Of a stretch of DNA of 64,000 bases, positions 28,212 through 39,300 are shown piece by piece. The notes under the pieces were generated by a model, which was given only the letters and a program-made list of their open reading frames with translations, searched no databases and was not told the origin of the DNA. Source of the DNA: an uncultured Pseudomonadales bacterium (lineage in GTDB: Bacteria; Patescibacteriota; Microgenomatia; UBA1400; Chazhemtobacteraceae); contig CAYQZQ010000001.1 in NCBI GenBank assembly GCA_964422035.1, forward strand, positions 515,025 to 579,024, read 5' to 3'. The translations under genes were made by a program, and so were the position numbers. Each line of letters begins with the position of its first letter. Position 1 is the first letter of the stretch.

Positions 28212-28775
28212 TTATTTATTAGTATCCTTTTCTTCTTCTTTTTCAAAAGGCATACCCAAAGCCTCCAGCAACAAACGGGCGGCATGAGGATCAGAGGTGG
28301 AGTTAGTAAGAGTAATTTCCAACCCCTGGACTTGTCCTATTTTATCATAATCAACCTCAGGAAAGACAATTTGCTCTTCTAAACCGAGGGTGTAGTTGCC
28401 CTGCCCATCGAAACTGTCAAGGCTGACACCTTGAAAGTCTTTGGTTCTGGGTAGAACGATGTTGACTAGTTTTTGTAGAAAGGCGTACATGCGATCGCCT
28501 CTTAGAGTTACTACTAGGCCAATCTTGTCACCTTCGGTAAGATCAAAGTCAGCGATAGATTTTTTGGCACGAGTAACTTTAGGATTTTGGCCAGTAATTG
28601 AAGATAGCCATTCTTTGGTTTTTTCAAACAGATCTTCGTCGTGGTGAAATTGAGGAGAACTAGTATTGATAGTAATTTTTTTAACTTTAGGAACAGCTAA
28701 AGGGCTATCTAGATCTAGCTCTTTTTGTAGTTTAGGAGTAATAACTTCTTGGAATTTTTTTCTTAATGGATTCAT
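28212..28775 (-). CDS. rplE: 50S ribosomal protein L5 (start reassigned to MNPLRKK at 28775; the track ORF runs 46 codons into rplX)
   Basis: L5 family match from MNPLRKKFQEVITPKL. The reassigned start leaves a 7-nt gap after the rplX stop. Confidence 0.8.
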   Translation of the reverse strand: MNPLRKKFQEVITPKLQKELDLDSPLAVPKVKKITINTSSPQFHHDEDLFEKTKEWLSSITGQNPKVTRAKKSIADFDLTEGDKIGLVVTLRGDRMYAFLQKLVNIVLPRTKDFQGVSLDSFDGQGNYTLGLEEQIVFPEVDYDKIGQVQGLEITLTNSTSDPHAARLLLEALGMPFEKEEEKDTNK

Positions 28776-28782
28776 ATATTTT

Positions 28783-29100
28783 TTATTTATTTTCTTTATC
28801 AATTGGCTTATCGCATTTTTTACAAACACGAACCTTGCTTTGCCCCTCACCTGAGTGGGCAATGCGAGTCGGCTTGTCACAGTTGGGGCAGACGAGTTGT
28901 ACCTTGCTGGCATGAAGAGGGCGAGAAAGGGTGACTATGCCGCCTTTTTGTTCACCTTGAGGGGGAACATGTTTTTTGTAGGTATTTAAGCCATCAACGA
29001 GAATTTTGCCTTTTTTAGTAAAGACTTTTTTAATTTCTCCGGTTCGACCTCGATCGTCACCGGTTAAAACTTTGATGGTATCTCCTTTTTTTAGATTCAT
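28783..29100 (-). CDS. rplX: 50S ribosomal protein L24 with C-terminal CxxC...CxxC zinc-ribbon extension
   Basis: KOW motif GDTIKVLTGDDRGRTGEI, then CPNCDKPTRIAHSGEGQSKVRVCKKCDKPI. Confidence 0.85.
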   Translation of the reverse strand: MNLKKGDTIKVLTGDDRGRTGEIKKVFTKKGKILVDGLNTYKKHVPPQGEQKGGIVTLSRPLHASKVQLVCPNCDKPTRIAHSGEGQSKVRVCKKCDKPIDKENK

Positions 29101-29102
29101 GG

Positions 29103-29477
29103 TTATACAACTTCAGGTGCCAGAGAGGCAATTTTGTTAAAACCAGCTTCTTTGACTTCTCTGGCAATAGGACCAAAGACGCGGGTACCAATAGGATTTT
29201 TGTTTTTTAGATCTTCTAAAATAACTGCTGCATTGTCATCAAAACGGACGTAAGTGCCATCAGGCCGAGAGGTTTCCTTTTTGGTGCGGACGATGATAGC
29301 TTTGATAACCTGACCTTTTTTGACGGTAGCATTAGGATCAGCATCAATAACAGAAGCGACAACGACATCTCCGACTCCGGCAAATCTGCGAGCGGAGCTG
29401 CCAGGAATTCCCATAACTCGAAGACGTTTAACTCCGGTATTATCAGCTGGTCTAAGAATACTTCTTAATTGAATCAT
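29103..29477 (-). CDS. rplN: 50S ribosomal protein L14
   Basis: [15 protein letters not shown] family match. Confidence 0.9.
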   Translation of the reverse strand: MIQLRSILRPADNTGVKRLRVMGIPGSSARRFAGVGDVVVASVIDADPNATVKKGQVIKAIIVRTKKETSRPDGTYVRFDDNAAVILEDLKNKNPIGTRVFGPIAREVKEAGFNKIASLAPEVV

Positions 29478-29713
29478 TGTTGTTGTTTTTTAATTATTTT
29501 CTTAACCTGAAAACGCTTGCGCTTACTTTTAGGCCTGATTTGTTCAATCTCGACAAGGTCTCCCTCAGAGACACCCTGCTCATCGTGAACCAGATATCTT
29601 TTACTTTTTTTAATGCGTTTTTTATATAAAGGGTGCTGCCACATGCTGTCGACTTCGACAACGGCAGATTTTTGCATTTTGGTGGACACGACTGTGCCGG
29701 TTAAGGTTTTCAT
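29474..29713 (-). CDS. rpsQ: 30S ribosomal protein S17
   Basis: Family match and order. Confidence 0.85.
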   Translation of the reverse strand: MKTLTGTVVSTKMQKSAVVEVDSMWQHPLYKKRIKKSKRYLVHDEQGVSEGDLVEIEQIRPKSKRKRFQVKKIIKKQQQ

Positions 29714-29714
29714 A

Positions 29715-29903
29715 TTATTCTTTTAGTTGTAATTGTCTAATTTCTGTTAGGATTTGAGCTATTTGTTTTTTTAAAGGCCTGTGAGCGTTAGTGTTGGTTT
29801 GCTCGCCGGCTTTGATGTCCAGTTTGGTAATGGCCAGCTTTTTTCTCAGCTTAGTGAGTTTGTTCTGCAGTTTTTTTATGGAATCGGTTTTTTTAGTAGC
29901 CAT
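29715..29903 (-). CDS. rpmC: 50S ribosomal protein L29
   Basis: 62 aa helical; order between rplP and rpsQ. Confidence 0.8.
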   Translation of the reverse strand: MATKKTDSIKKLQNKLTKLRKKLAITKLDIKAGEQTNTNAHRPLKKQIAQILTEIRQLQLKE

Positions 29904-30307
29904 TAGCGAGATACAAATTTAGTATTAACTGGTAACTTGTGGCTGGCGCGTCTTAGAGCTTCTCTGGCTGTCTCCTCATCAACACCGGCCATTTCGATTA
30001 AAATACGGCCTGGTTTAACTACAGCAACATATTTTTCAATGTCACCCTTACCACCACCCATGCGAGCACCGGAAGAGCGAGCTGTAACCGGCTTGTGGGG
30101 AAAGATGCGGATAAATATTTTACCAGCTCTTTTAGTATAGTGGGCAATTGAACGACGAGCAGCCTCGATTTGTCGTGAGGTAACCCAGTCGCGAGAGGTG
30201 GCTTTGAGGCCAAAATCTCCGTATGACAGGCGGTGACCACGTTGAGCCATTCCTTTCATTTTGCCTCTAAATTCTTTTCGGTATTTGCGTTTTTTTGGTT
30301 GTAGCAT
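29903..30307 (-). CDS. rplP: 50S ribosomal protein L16
   Basis: Family match and order. Confidence 0.9.
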   Translation of the reverse strand: MLQPKKRKYRKEFRGKMKGMAQRGHRLSYGDFGLKATSRDWVTSRQIEAARRSIAHYTKRAGKIFIRIFPHKPVTARSSGARMGGGKGDIEKYVAVVKPGRILIEMAGVDEETAREALRRASHKLPVNTKFVSR

Positions 30308-30308
30308 T

Positions 30309-30959
30309 TTAGGTTGTTTGTTTTTCGCCTTTGTAAATCCAGACTTTGACCCCTACATAACCGGAGCGGGTCAGAGCTGGCACTTGAGCATAATCAATAT
30401 CAGCACGTAAAGTTGAAGTAGGCATTTTACCACGATCATATTTTTCTACACGAGAAATTTCAGCACCACTAATTCTGCCTGAGAAAACTACTTTGATGCC
30501 TTTGGCGCCGGAACTCATAACCTTTTCCATGGCTTGATCTTTAGCTCGGCGGTGTGGATAGCGACGCTCAAGCTGGTGGGCAATCCTTTCAGCAACAAGC
30601 TTGGCAGAAAGTTCGGGATTGTTTACTTCAATAGGATGAATTTGAACGGCTATTTGTTCGTCTTTGTTTTTGTTGACCATCTTGTGTAACTCTTTTTTAA
30701 GTCTTTCTATGTTAGAGCCACCCTTGCCGATAACAACACCTGGCCTGGCGATGTGAAGATAGATATCGACGGTATTGATGGAGCGTTTTATTTCAACACG
30801 AGTAAGTCCAGCCAGTCGTAGTTCACCTTCTAGATATTGGCGTAGTTTGTAGTCTTCTGCAACTAGTTTTTTGTAGCGGCCTGGATCTGCGTACCATAGG
30901 GAGTCCCAGTCATAGAGGACGCCTGTTCGATAGCCGGTTGGATTTACTTTTTGTCCCAT
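30309..30959 (-). CDS. rpsC: 30S ribosomal protein S3
   Basis: [11 protein letters not shown]... family match. Confidence 0.9.
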   Translation of the reverse strand: MGQKVNPTGYRTGVLYDWDSLWYADPGRYKKLVAEDYKLRQYLEGELRLAGLTRVEIKRSINTVDIYLHIARPGVVIGKGGSNIERLKKELHKMVNKNKDEQIAVQIHPIEVNNPELSAKLVAERIAHQLERRYPHRRAKDQAMEKVMSSGAKGIKVVFSGRISGAEISRVEKYDRGKMPTSTLRADIDYAQVPALTRSGYVGVKVWIYKGEKQTT

Positions 30960-30992
30960 TTTTTTATGTAATATTAATAGTTAATTAGGTGA

Positions 30993-31535
30993 TTACTCAC
31001 TTTTTGATTTTTGATCAGGTAATCTGGTTTGTTTGTTAGGCTGACGGGCAGCTGGCTTGGTACTGGGAGATTGAGGAGTTTTTTTAGGAGCAGAAGTTTT
31101 CTTGTCTCTGGTTAGGTCGGCGAGATCGGGCTTGGGCGGCTTAGCCTGTTCAATGGTGGTTTCTTTTGGTTTTTGGCTTTTTGGCATAGTTGCTTTTTGA
31201 GGAGTTTCAAGCTTAACAATTAGGTGGGAAGAGCGCTTGGCATAAGGCTTGGCTCGACCACGGGCAGCGGCTCTCCATCTTTTGGAGTAGCGCATGGAAG
31301 CTTGATTGACGATGATTTCACTAAATGAAAGTTTATTTGGCTGAAGCTTGAAGTTGTGGGCAGCGTTAGCGATAGCTTGTTTAATTGTCTTTTGCAAGTG
31401 AGAAGCAGCAGAGTGGTTTAAGTAGCCTAGTTTAACTACAGCTTCTTGAGGATTAAGGTCCTTGATGGCTTCAACCATAAAGCGCATTTTTTTGGGTGTA
31501 ACTGGTAAGTTTTTTTGTGTAGCTATAACAATCAT
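30993..31535 (-). CDS. rplV: 50S ribosomal protein L22 with about 70-aa low-complexity P/K/T-rich C-terminal extension
   Basis: L22 core, then ...PKSQKPKETTIEQAKPPKPD...KKTPQSPSTKPAARQPNKQ. Confidence 0.8.
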   Translation of the reverse strand: MIVIATQKNLPVTPKKMRFMVEAIKDLNPQEAVVKLGYLNHSAASHLQKTIKQAIANAAHNFKLQPNKLSFSEIIVNQASMRYSKRWRAAARGRAKPYAKRSSHLIVKLETPQKATMPKSQKPKETTIEQAKPPKPDLADLTRDKKTSAPKKTPQSPSTKPAARQPNKQTRLPDQKSKSE

Positions 31536-31539
31536 GTTT

Positions 31540-31824
31540 TTAAGTTTTGCTGATAATTCGTTTAGTCATCTTGCCGTGGCCGCGGAATGTACGGGTATGA
31601 GAAAACTCGCCTAGGCGGTGACCAACCATGGCTTCTGTAACGAAAACTTCAAGAAAGTCTCGGCCGTTGTGAACCAAAAAAGTGTAGCCAACAAATTCGG
31701 GAGGAATTTGGCTGTTTCTAGCCCAGGTTTTAATTGGATCTTTACGATTAGCCTTTTTTTGAGCCATTACCTTATCATAAAGTTTTTGGTCTATATATGG
31801 TCCTTTTTTATTTGATCTACCCAT
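31540..31824 (-). CDS. rpsS: 30S ribosomal protein S19
   Basis: Family match and order. Confidence 0.9.
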   Translation of the reverse strand: MGRSNKKGPYIDQKLYDKVMAQKKANRKDPIKTWARNSQIPPEFVGYTFLVHNGRDFLEVFVTEAMVGHRLGEFSHTRTFRGHGKMTKRIISKT

Positions 31825-31827
31825 GTT

Positions 31828-32670
31828 TTATTTCTTTTTAATACGACGGTCTTTAATAATTTTTTTATCTGAATACTTATTGCGCTTTCTGGTCTTTTTA
31901 CCCAGAGTCTTTTTACCCCAAGGACTCTTAGGAGAAGGCATACCAATTCCAGATCGACCTTCACCACCACCGTGAGGATGGCTATCAGGGTGTTGGGCTA
32001 CTCCGCGGACTGATGGTCTCCAACCCATGAGTCGTTTGCGTCCAGCTTTACCAATCTGGCGATTTTTATGATCAATGTTGCTGACTTGACCAATGGTCGC
32101 CATGCATTTGGCATTGAATTTCCTTAATTCTCCGGAAGGAAGCTTTACGGTTACTGATTTTCCTTCTTTGTCCTGAATTAAGGCTGCTACTCCAGCGGAG
32201 CGAACCATTTGACCACCTTTACCGGGGGTTATCTCTAAGTTGTGGATAGGGGTGCCAACAGGTACTTTACCCAGCGGTATAGTATTACCAGGTTCTACTT
32301 CCAGCTGTTTGTCACGACTAGAGAGAATTGTCTGGCCAACTTTGAGTTTGTCAGGAGCTAGAATATAACGACGAACTCCATTTCTGTATTTAACAAGTGC
32401 AATATTTGCGGAGCGGTTAGGGTCGTATTCGAGACTCTCGACTTGAGCAGGGATGTCTAATAAGTCGCGCTTAAAATCAATCTTACGATAGAAACGCTTG
32501 TGACGACCACCGCGGTGACGCACAGTTATTTTACCAGAATTGTTGCGTCCAGCATAGTTTTTATTGGTACTACGCAGTTTTTTAGGTGGTTTTGATTCAC
32601 CTAAATCATTAACAGCCTTGACTTGATGTCTTTGGCCTGGTGTATTTGGTTTTTTTCTTTTCAGAGCCAT
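31828..32670 (-). CDS. rplB: 50S ribosomal protein L2
   Basis: Family match, GGGEGRSGIG region. Confidence 0.9.
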   Translation of the reverse strand: MALKRKKPNTPGQRHQVKAVNDLGESKPPKKLRSTNKNYAGRNNSGKITVRHRGGRHKRFYRKIDFKRDLLDIPAQVESLEYDPNRSANIALVKYRNGVRRYILAPDKLKVGQTILSSRDKQLEVEPGNTIPLGKVPVGTPIHNLEITPGKGGQMVRSAGVAALIQDKEGKSVTVKLPSGELRKFNAKCMATIGQVSNIDHKNRQIGKAGRKRLMGWRPSVRGVAQHPDSHPHGGGEGRSGIGMPSPKSPWGKKTLGKKTRKRNKYSDKKIIKDRRIKKK

Positions 32671-32672
32671 GT

Positions 32673-32954
32673 TTAGCCTTCAAAATAGCTAATTGATTGC
32701 TTGTCTTTTAGTTGAACAACAGCTTTTTTCTTTTTGGGTGTAGTTCTGCGGCGGCCGGTACGACCGGAACGAGAAGTTGTGGGTTTGAGGGTTGAGGTGG
32801 TAATTTTAACAACTTCAACATCAAAGAGGTTCTGAACAGCATTTTTAATTTGGTCTTTGTTAGCTTTGTAATCAACCAAGAAGGTGTAGCGATTGAAGTC
32901 TTTGACTTGTTTTAAGCTTTTCTCGGTGATGTGAGCTTTTTTTATGATAGACAT
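32673..32954 (-). CDS. rplW: 50S ribosomal protein L23
   Basis: Family match and order. Confidence 0.85.
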   Translation of the reverse strand: MSIIKKAHITEKSLKQVKDFNRYTFLVDYKANKDQIKNAVQNLFDVEVVKITTSTLKPTTSRSGRTGRRRTTPKKKKAVVQLKDKQSISYFEG

Positions 32955-32955
32955 G

Positions 32956-33585
32956 TTATTTTGCTAGCCACTCGCCTAGCGGCTTGAGGGCTTTTTGATC
33001 AATAATTAAATGTTTAGTCTTTAAAAGATCGTGTATGTTGGTGTGGTCAAAACGAGCAACAATTAAATTTGGAATGTTGCGGGCTGAAAGCTCTAAGCCT
33101 GGATATTGTTCAGCCACTACTATTAAAGTGTTATCATGGGCTTTGACTTTATCAAGAAGTGAAGCTAGTTTTTTGGTTTTTGGCTTAAGCTTGTCCAAAC
33201 CTTTGATGACTGTTATTTTGTGATTGTCAGCTAGGAAAGAGAAAGCTCCGCGAAAACTTGCTTTTCTCATTTTCTTATTCATCTTTTTGCGCTTTGGCTT
33301 TACACCCTTAGGACCATGGGCTACTCCACCTCCAACGAAAATGGGGGCTGATTGAGCTCCGTGTCGGGCTCTTCCAGTACCTTTTTGCTGGTACCATTTG
33401 GATTTGGTGAGACTAACTTCGCCACGGGTTTGAACTTTACTAGTGTGCTGTGCTTGATTTTTTTTGTAAACGTGAATTGCTTGGGCCATAAGCTGAGGAT
33501 CTACTTGAGCTCCAAAAACAGGCTTAGGTAGACTAACCTTCTTTTCTTGCTTCTTGCCGGTGTGGTTATATAAATTAGCTTTCAT
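32956..33585 (-). CDS. rplD: 50S ribosomal protein L4
   Basis: Family match and order. Confidence 0.85.
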   Translation of the reverse strand: MKANLYNHTGKKQEKKVSLPKPVFGAQVDPQLMAQAIHVYKKNQAQHTSKVQTRGEVSLTKSKWYQQKGTGRARHGAQSAPIFVGGGVAHGPKGVKPKRKKMNKKMRKASFRGAFSFLADNHKITVIKGLDKLKPKTKKLASLLDKVKAHDNTLIVVAEQYPGLELSARNIPNLIVARFDHTNIHDLLKTKHLIIDQKALKPLGEWLAK

Positions 33586-33586
33586 G

Positions 33587-34234
33587 TTAGTCTTGTTTTG
33601 TCTTTTGAGTAATAGTGAGAGTGACTAGTTGATTGCGAGAACCAGGAACAGGACCTGAAACCCAGATTTGGTTATTATCTAAATCAATTTTTAAAACTTT
33701 AAGATTGGTAACCGTCTTATTTTCGCTACCCATGCGGCCAGGCATTTTTTTACCAGGCAAAACGCGTCCTGGAGTTGTAGTTCTGCCGATTGAACCACCG
33801 TGACGTTGTCTTGTTTGACCATGTGTTCTGGCAGCTCCTTTGAAGTTGTGTCGTTTTATAACTCCAGCAAACCCCTTTCCTTTTGAGATAGCGGTGGCGT
33901 TGATGGTGTCTTTCTCTGAGATGATATCGGCAATTGGCAAATCGTCGCCTACTTTTAGATCTTCAATCTCTTTTTCATCTTGTAGTTTTATTTCCCTTAA
34001 CCATTGAGGCTCTTTTTTAAGTTTAAGTTTTTTTAAGTGACCGTTCAAAGACTTGCCACTTGGCTTGTTTTTTTGGCCGATGGCCACTTGAACTGCACTA
34101 TAGCCGTCATTATCGGTATTTTTAAGTTGTGAGATGGTCTGTTTGGGGATGTCTAAAACTGTTACAGGAGTCCTTTTACCTTCTGGAAAGGATTGGGTCA
34201 TATGTGATTTGGTAGTAAAGATTTGTTTTAACAT
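33587..34234 (-). CDS. rplC: 50S ribosomal protein L3
   Basis: Family match and order. Confidence 0.9.
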   Translation of the reverse strand: MLKQIFTTKSHMTQSFPEGKRTPVTVLDIPKQTISQLKNTDNDGYSAVQVAIGQKNKPSGKSLNGHLKKLKLKKEPQWLREIKLQDEKEIEDLKVGDDLPIADIISEKDTINATAISKGKGFAGVIKRHNFKGAARTHGQTRQRHGGSIGRTTTPGRVLPGKKMPGRMGSENKTVTNLKVLKIDLDNNQIWVSGPVPGSRNQLVTLTITQKTKQD

Positions 34235-34241
34235 TTTATTT

Positions 34242-34271
34242 TCAATAAAAAAGCCCCGAAATACGGGGCTT
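34242..34271 (-). promoter_or_regulatory. Terminator/attenuator-like hairpin (aagccccg-tattt-cggggctt, then TTTTTTATTG on the minus strand) between rpsJ and rplC
   Basis: Perfect 8-bp GC-rich stem at 34250-34270 with a U-tract reading toward rplC; lies only about 10 nt upstream of the rplC ATG. Confidence 0.5.
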
Positions 34272-34343
34272 GCTTCTCCGTATTTGTAAGCTGTCTATGT
34301 AAATGTCTGGCCTGGCAGGCTGCAAGATACCATCAAATATATT

Positions 34344-34664
34344 TTACATTTTAATTTCGATGCCTACACCAGCAGGTAACTCAAGGTGCATTAGTGAGTC
34401 GATGGTCTTGCTGGTTGGCGAAAGAATGTCGATGAGTCTTTTGTGAGTTAGAATCTCAAAATGCTCTCGGGCATCCTTATCTGTGTGAGGACTGGTGGTG
34501 ACGACGATCTCTTTGCGCTTGGTAGGCAAAGGAACCGGCCCAGAAACCCTAGCTCCTGTTGAAAGAGCGGTTTGCAAGATCTTACCGGCAGCTTCATCAA
34601 TGACGCGATGGTCAAATGATTTTAGCCGGACTCTAATGCGTTGCTGATCTTTTTTAGTAGGCAT
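34344..34664 (-). CDS. rpsJ: 30S ribosomal protein S10 (start reassigned to [11 protein letters not shown]; the track ORF's 11 extra codons cover a leader hairpin)
   Basis: S10 family match from [22 protein letters not shown]. Confidence 0.85.
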   Translation of the reverse strand: MPTKKDQQRIRVRLKSFDHRVIDEAAGKILQTALSTGARVSGPVPLPTKRKEIVVTTSPHTDKDAREHFEILTHKRLIDILSPTSKTIDSLMHLELPAGVGIEIKM

Positions 34665-34744
34665 ATAAATGTGCGGGCAAATTTTCAGGGCGGCCAAAGA
34701 GGTCGCCCTGAAGAACTAATTTTCTTGGCTAATAGACCTTGTGA

Positions 34745-35920
<1,176 letters not shown>

Positions 35921-35967
35921 GTTTATAGTTATTAATTTTTAATTTGTTTGTACAAATGTATATTTTA

Positions 35968-38112
35968 TCATTTTTTGCCAGAATCTCCAGTTTGAGAGTC
36001 TATTAATTGTTGTGTGATGTTGTCTGGAACTATATCGTAGGAGTGAGGCTCCATGTAGTGATGGGCGCGCCCTTTGGTTAATGAACGCAATGAAGTAGTG
36101 TATCGAGACATTTCTGAGAGGGGGATTAGGCAGGTAATAACCCTGGCATTACCTCGCTGAACATTGCTTAAGATGTGTGCTCTTCTTGAAGAAAGATCTC
36201 CGATAACATCACCCATGAATTCCTGAGGTGTGGTTACCTCCATTTTCATGATAGGTTCAAGCAAAACTGGTTTGGCGCTTCGGACTGCGCTTTGAAGTGC
36301 TTCAGAGCCAGCGATTTTGAAGGCAACTTCTGAAGAGTCAACGTCATGGTAAGAACCATCATATAGTTCTACCTGAAGATCAGTTAGGGGATAGCCTGCC
36401 AGAATACCATTGTCTTCTGCTTCGGTAACACCCTTTTCTACTGGGTTAATAAATTCTCTAGGGATTGCTCCTCCGGTAATCTTGTTCTCAAACTTACGTC
36501 CTTCACCGCGAGGTAAAGGCTTGATTCGAATCAAGCAGTGACCATATTGACCGCGACCTCCTGATTGGCGGATGTATTTTCCTTCACCTTCAGCAGGACT
36601 GGTAATAGTTTCCTTATAAGCAACTTGGGGCTGGCCGGTGTTGGCTTCGATACTAAACTCTCGTTTGAGACGATCTACTAGAATCTCGAGGTGTAGCTCG
36701 CCCATTCCTGAAATGAGAGTTTGGCCAGTGTCAGGATCGGATTTTATTTGAAAAGTAGGATCTTCATCGGAAAGTCGTCTTAAAGCAGAACCTAGTTTTT
36801 CCTGATCTGATTTTGTTTTTGGTTCAATAGCTAGAGAAATGACTGGGTCAGGGAAAGAAATGGTTTCCAAAATAACTGGTTGTTCGGGATCACAAAGCGT
36901 ATCACCAGTACTAGAATCGGATAATCCAACAGCGGCAACAATCTCACCAGCACGAGCTGTATCAATTTGCTCTCGACTATTTGCATGCATTAAAAGTAAT
37001 CGTCCTAAGCGCTCTTTGTTTCCTTTTGAAGAATTATAGATGTATGAACCTGACTCGATGGTACCAGAATAAACACGCAGATAAGTTAGGCGGCCAACGT
37101 GAGGGTCTGTTTGAATCTTGAAAGCAAGAGCAGTAACTGGACCTTCTGTGTCAGCTTGGCGGATAATTTCTTTTTCTGTCCCGGGTTTTACACCTTTGAC
37201 AGGAGGCACATCTAGAGGGCTTGGTAGAAAGTCAATTATGGCATCTAGAAGAGGTTGAACGCCTTTGCTGCGCAAAGCTGATCCGGGGAATACCGGGACC
37301 AGGTCATTTGCAATTGTAGCTTTTCTAAGAACTTTTTTAAGCCCAGAAATATCAGGCTCTGTTCCATTAAGATATTTTTCCATTAACTGGTCATCTCTCT
37401 CTACTATTTGCTCGATGAGTTGAGAGCGATATTTTTTGATTTTGTCTTGATCAAGATTTTCAGGAACCTCATCGGTCACTTCATATTCTGTGCCAGTATC
37501 ATCCTCAGGATTCCAAATTATAGCTTTTTGCTCTAAGAGTAGATACATACCTTTAAAAGAGTCCTCTACGCCAATGGGTAAGGCCATAACGGCAGTATTA
37601 GCACCGAGTTTTTGGTGGACATCTTCAATGGTGTCGTGAAAATCAGCACCAAGAGAATCCATTTTGTTGACCATGGCGATTCGAGGAACATTATATTTGT
37701 CAGCCTGTCTCCAGACTGTTTCGGTTTGAGATTGAACTCCGGAACTTGCATCAAGTATTACGACACCACCATCAAGAACTCTTAAAGACCGCTCAACTTC
37801 AGCAGTGAAGTCAACGTGTCCGGGAGTGTCGATGATGTTAATACGATGTTTATCTTGATGTAAAGCAGTGTCTGAAGCCGGAGACCAGAAGGTAGTAGTA
37901 GCAGCAGACATAATGGTGATTCCACGCTCTTTCTCTTGCTCCATCCAGTCCATTTGAGTATCACCCTCATCAATATTGCCGATTTTGTATGTTTTACCGG
38001 TGTAGTAAAGAATTCTTTCTGTAGTGGTAGTCTTACCAGCATCGATGTGAGCAATAATTCCAATGTTTCTTAGTTTTTTTAGTGGTAGTATTTCTTGTCT
38101 TTTTTCTGCCAT
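35968..38112 (-). CDS. fusA: Elongation factor G
   Basis: AHIDAGKTTTTERIL..., 714 aa; family match and order. Confidence 0.95.
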   Translation of the reverse strand: MAEKRQEILPLKKLRNIGIIAHIDAGKTTTTERILYYTGKTYKIGNIDEGDTQMDWMEQEKERGITIMSAATTTFWSPASDTALHQDKHRINIIDTPGHVDFTAEVERSLRVLDGGVVILDASSGVQSQTETVWRQADKYNVPRIAMVNKMDSLGADFHDTIEDVHQKLGANTAVMALPIGVEDSFKGMYLLLEQKAIIWNPEDDTGTEYEVTDEVPENLDQDKIKKYRSQLIEQIVERDDQLMEKYLNGTEPDISGLKKVLRKATIANDLVPVFPGSALRSKGVQPLLDAIIDFLPSPLDVPPVKGVKPGTEKEIIRQADTEGPVTALAFKIQTDPHVGRLTYLRVYSGTIESGSYIYNSSKGNKERLGRLLLMHANSREQIDTARAGEIVAAVGLSDSSTGDTLCDPEQPVILETISFPDPVISLAIEPKTKSDQEKLGSALRRLSDEDPTFQIKSDPDTGQTLISGMGELHLEILVDRLKREFSIEANTGQPQVAYKETITSPAEGEGKYIRQSGGRGQYGHCLIRIKPLPRGEGRKFENKITGGAIPREFINPVEKGVTEAEDNGILAGYPLTDLQVELYDGSYHDVDSSEVAFKIAGSEALQSAVRSAKPVLLEPIMKMEVTTPQEFMGDVIGDLSSRRAHILSNVQRGNARVITCLIPLSEMSRYTTSLRSLTKGRAHHYMEPHSYDIVPDNITQQLIDSQTGDSGKK

Positions 38113-38284
38113 ATGTATTTATTTAATGGATAAACAGTAAAAAACTGCCTCGAAAAGAAGCAGTTTGACTGCCAATTTTGACTAGATTATTATTTTAGCA
38201 CAACTTAAGGCCAGAGGGCAAAGAATAGTACTTAATTTATTTTTTCATAAGTTCAGGCTCGACTTTAGTTAAGTGAAGTATTCT

Positions 38285-38761
38285 TTACCAACGAAAGTGT
38301 GCAAAAGCTTTATTAGCTTCAGCCTGTTTGTGAGTGTCTTCTCTTCTTTTAATGGCTGCACCCTGATTATTGTAGGCATCCATTATTTCTGCTGAAAGTT
38401 TGTCTGAATAGGTGTGGTGGTCTTTTTGATTTCGATTACGAGCAGCATTTACTAACCAACGAATGGCTAAAGAGTTGCGTCGAGGACCTTTAACTGAAGT
38501 TGGAATTTGGTAGGCGGCCCCTCCAACTCTTCTAGTTCTTACCTCAACTTGAGGTTTGATGTTTTCTATCGCTTGTCTAAATACTTCTAAAGGATCTTTT
38601 TTTATCTTTTTTTCGATTTGGTCGAAAGCTTTATAAACGTGTTTGCGTGATACTGCTTTTTTACCATCAACCATAGAGCGGTTTACCAGCTTGGCTACTA
38701 GTTTATTTTCATATACTGGATCTTCTTTGATTTTTCGTTTTGGAGCTTGTTTAGAACGCAT
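38285..38761 (-). CDS. rpsG: 30S ribosomal protein S7
   Basis: Family match and order. Confidence 0.9.
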   Translation of the reverse strand: MRSKQAPKRKIKEDPVYENKLVAKLVNRSMVDGKKAVSRKHVYKAFDQIEKKIKKDPLEVFRQAIENIKPQVEVRTRRVGGAAYQIPTSVKGPRRNSLAIRWLVNAARNRNQKDHHTYSDKLSAEIMDAYNNQGAAIKRREDTHKQAEANKAFAHFRW

Positions 38762-38785
38762 TGTAAATTGAATTAATTAAACTTA

Positions 38786-39280
38786 TTAAGCTGATTCAGT
38801 GGGAGTTTCTGACTCGGTACTTGCTTCAGATTCTTCTTCACCAGCAATTGGAGCTTCTCCACTTGCAGCTACTCCGCCTTGGCGGGTGCCGTATTTGGAT
38901 CTGGCTTGCTTTCTTCCTTCTACGCCAGCACAGTCATATACACCTCTTATGATGTGGTATTTAACTCCTGGAAGATCTTTGACTCGTCCTCCGCGAACTA
39001 AGACAACTGAGTGCTCAGCAAGGTTATGACCCTCTCCTGGAATGTAGGCGGTAACTTCCTGTTTATTTGAAAGTCTCACCCTGGCTATTTTTCTTAAAGC
39101 AGAGTTTGGTTTTTTAGGAGTCATTGTTTTAACTTGCAAGCAAACACCTCTTTTTTGAGGATTAGTTGTTTTGGTAATTTTTCTCTTTTTGGCATTGAAA
39201 GACTTACGCAATGCCGCTGCTTTTACCTTTTTCTTCTTGGGTCTACGTCCTTTACGGACTAATTGATTAATGGTTGGCAT
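38786..39280 (-). CDS. rpsL: 30S ribosomal protein S12 with basic N-terminal insertion and acidic C-terminal tail
   Basis: [11 protein letters not shown] ... [10 protein letters not shown]...[16 protein letters not shown]... family match, plus about 30 extra acidic/Ser/Thr residues at the C-terminus. Confidence 0.85.
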   Translation of the reverse strand: MPTINQLVRKGRRPKKKKVKAAALRKSFNAKKRKITKTTNPQKRGVCLQVKTMTPKKPNSALRKIARVRLSNKQEVTAYIPGEGHNLAEHSVVLVRGGRVKDLPGVKYHIIRGVYDCAGVEGRKQARSKYGTRQGGVAASGEAPIAGEEESEASTESETPTESA

Positions 39281-39300
39281 ATCAGTCTAATTTTATCATT

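Noticed and set aside
28212-28913. Apparent 130-nt overlap of rplE with rplX
   Set aside because: Artefact of the longest-ORF call. The conserved L5 sequence begins at the internal Met (28775), giving a normal 7-nt gap.
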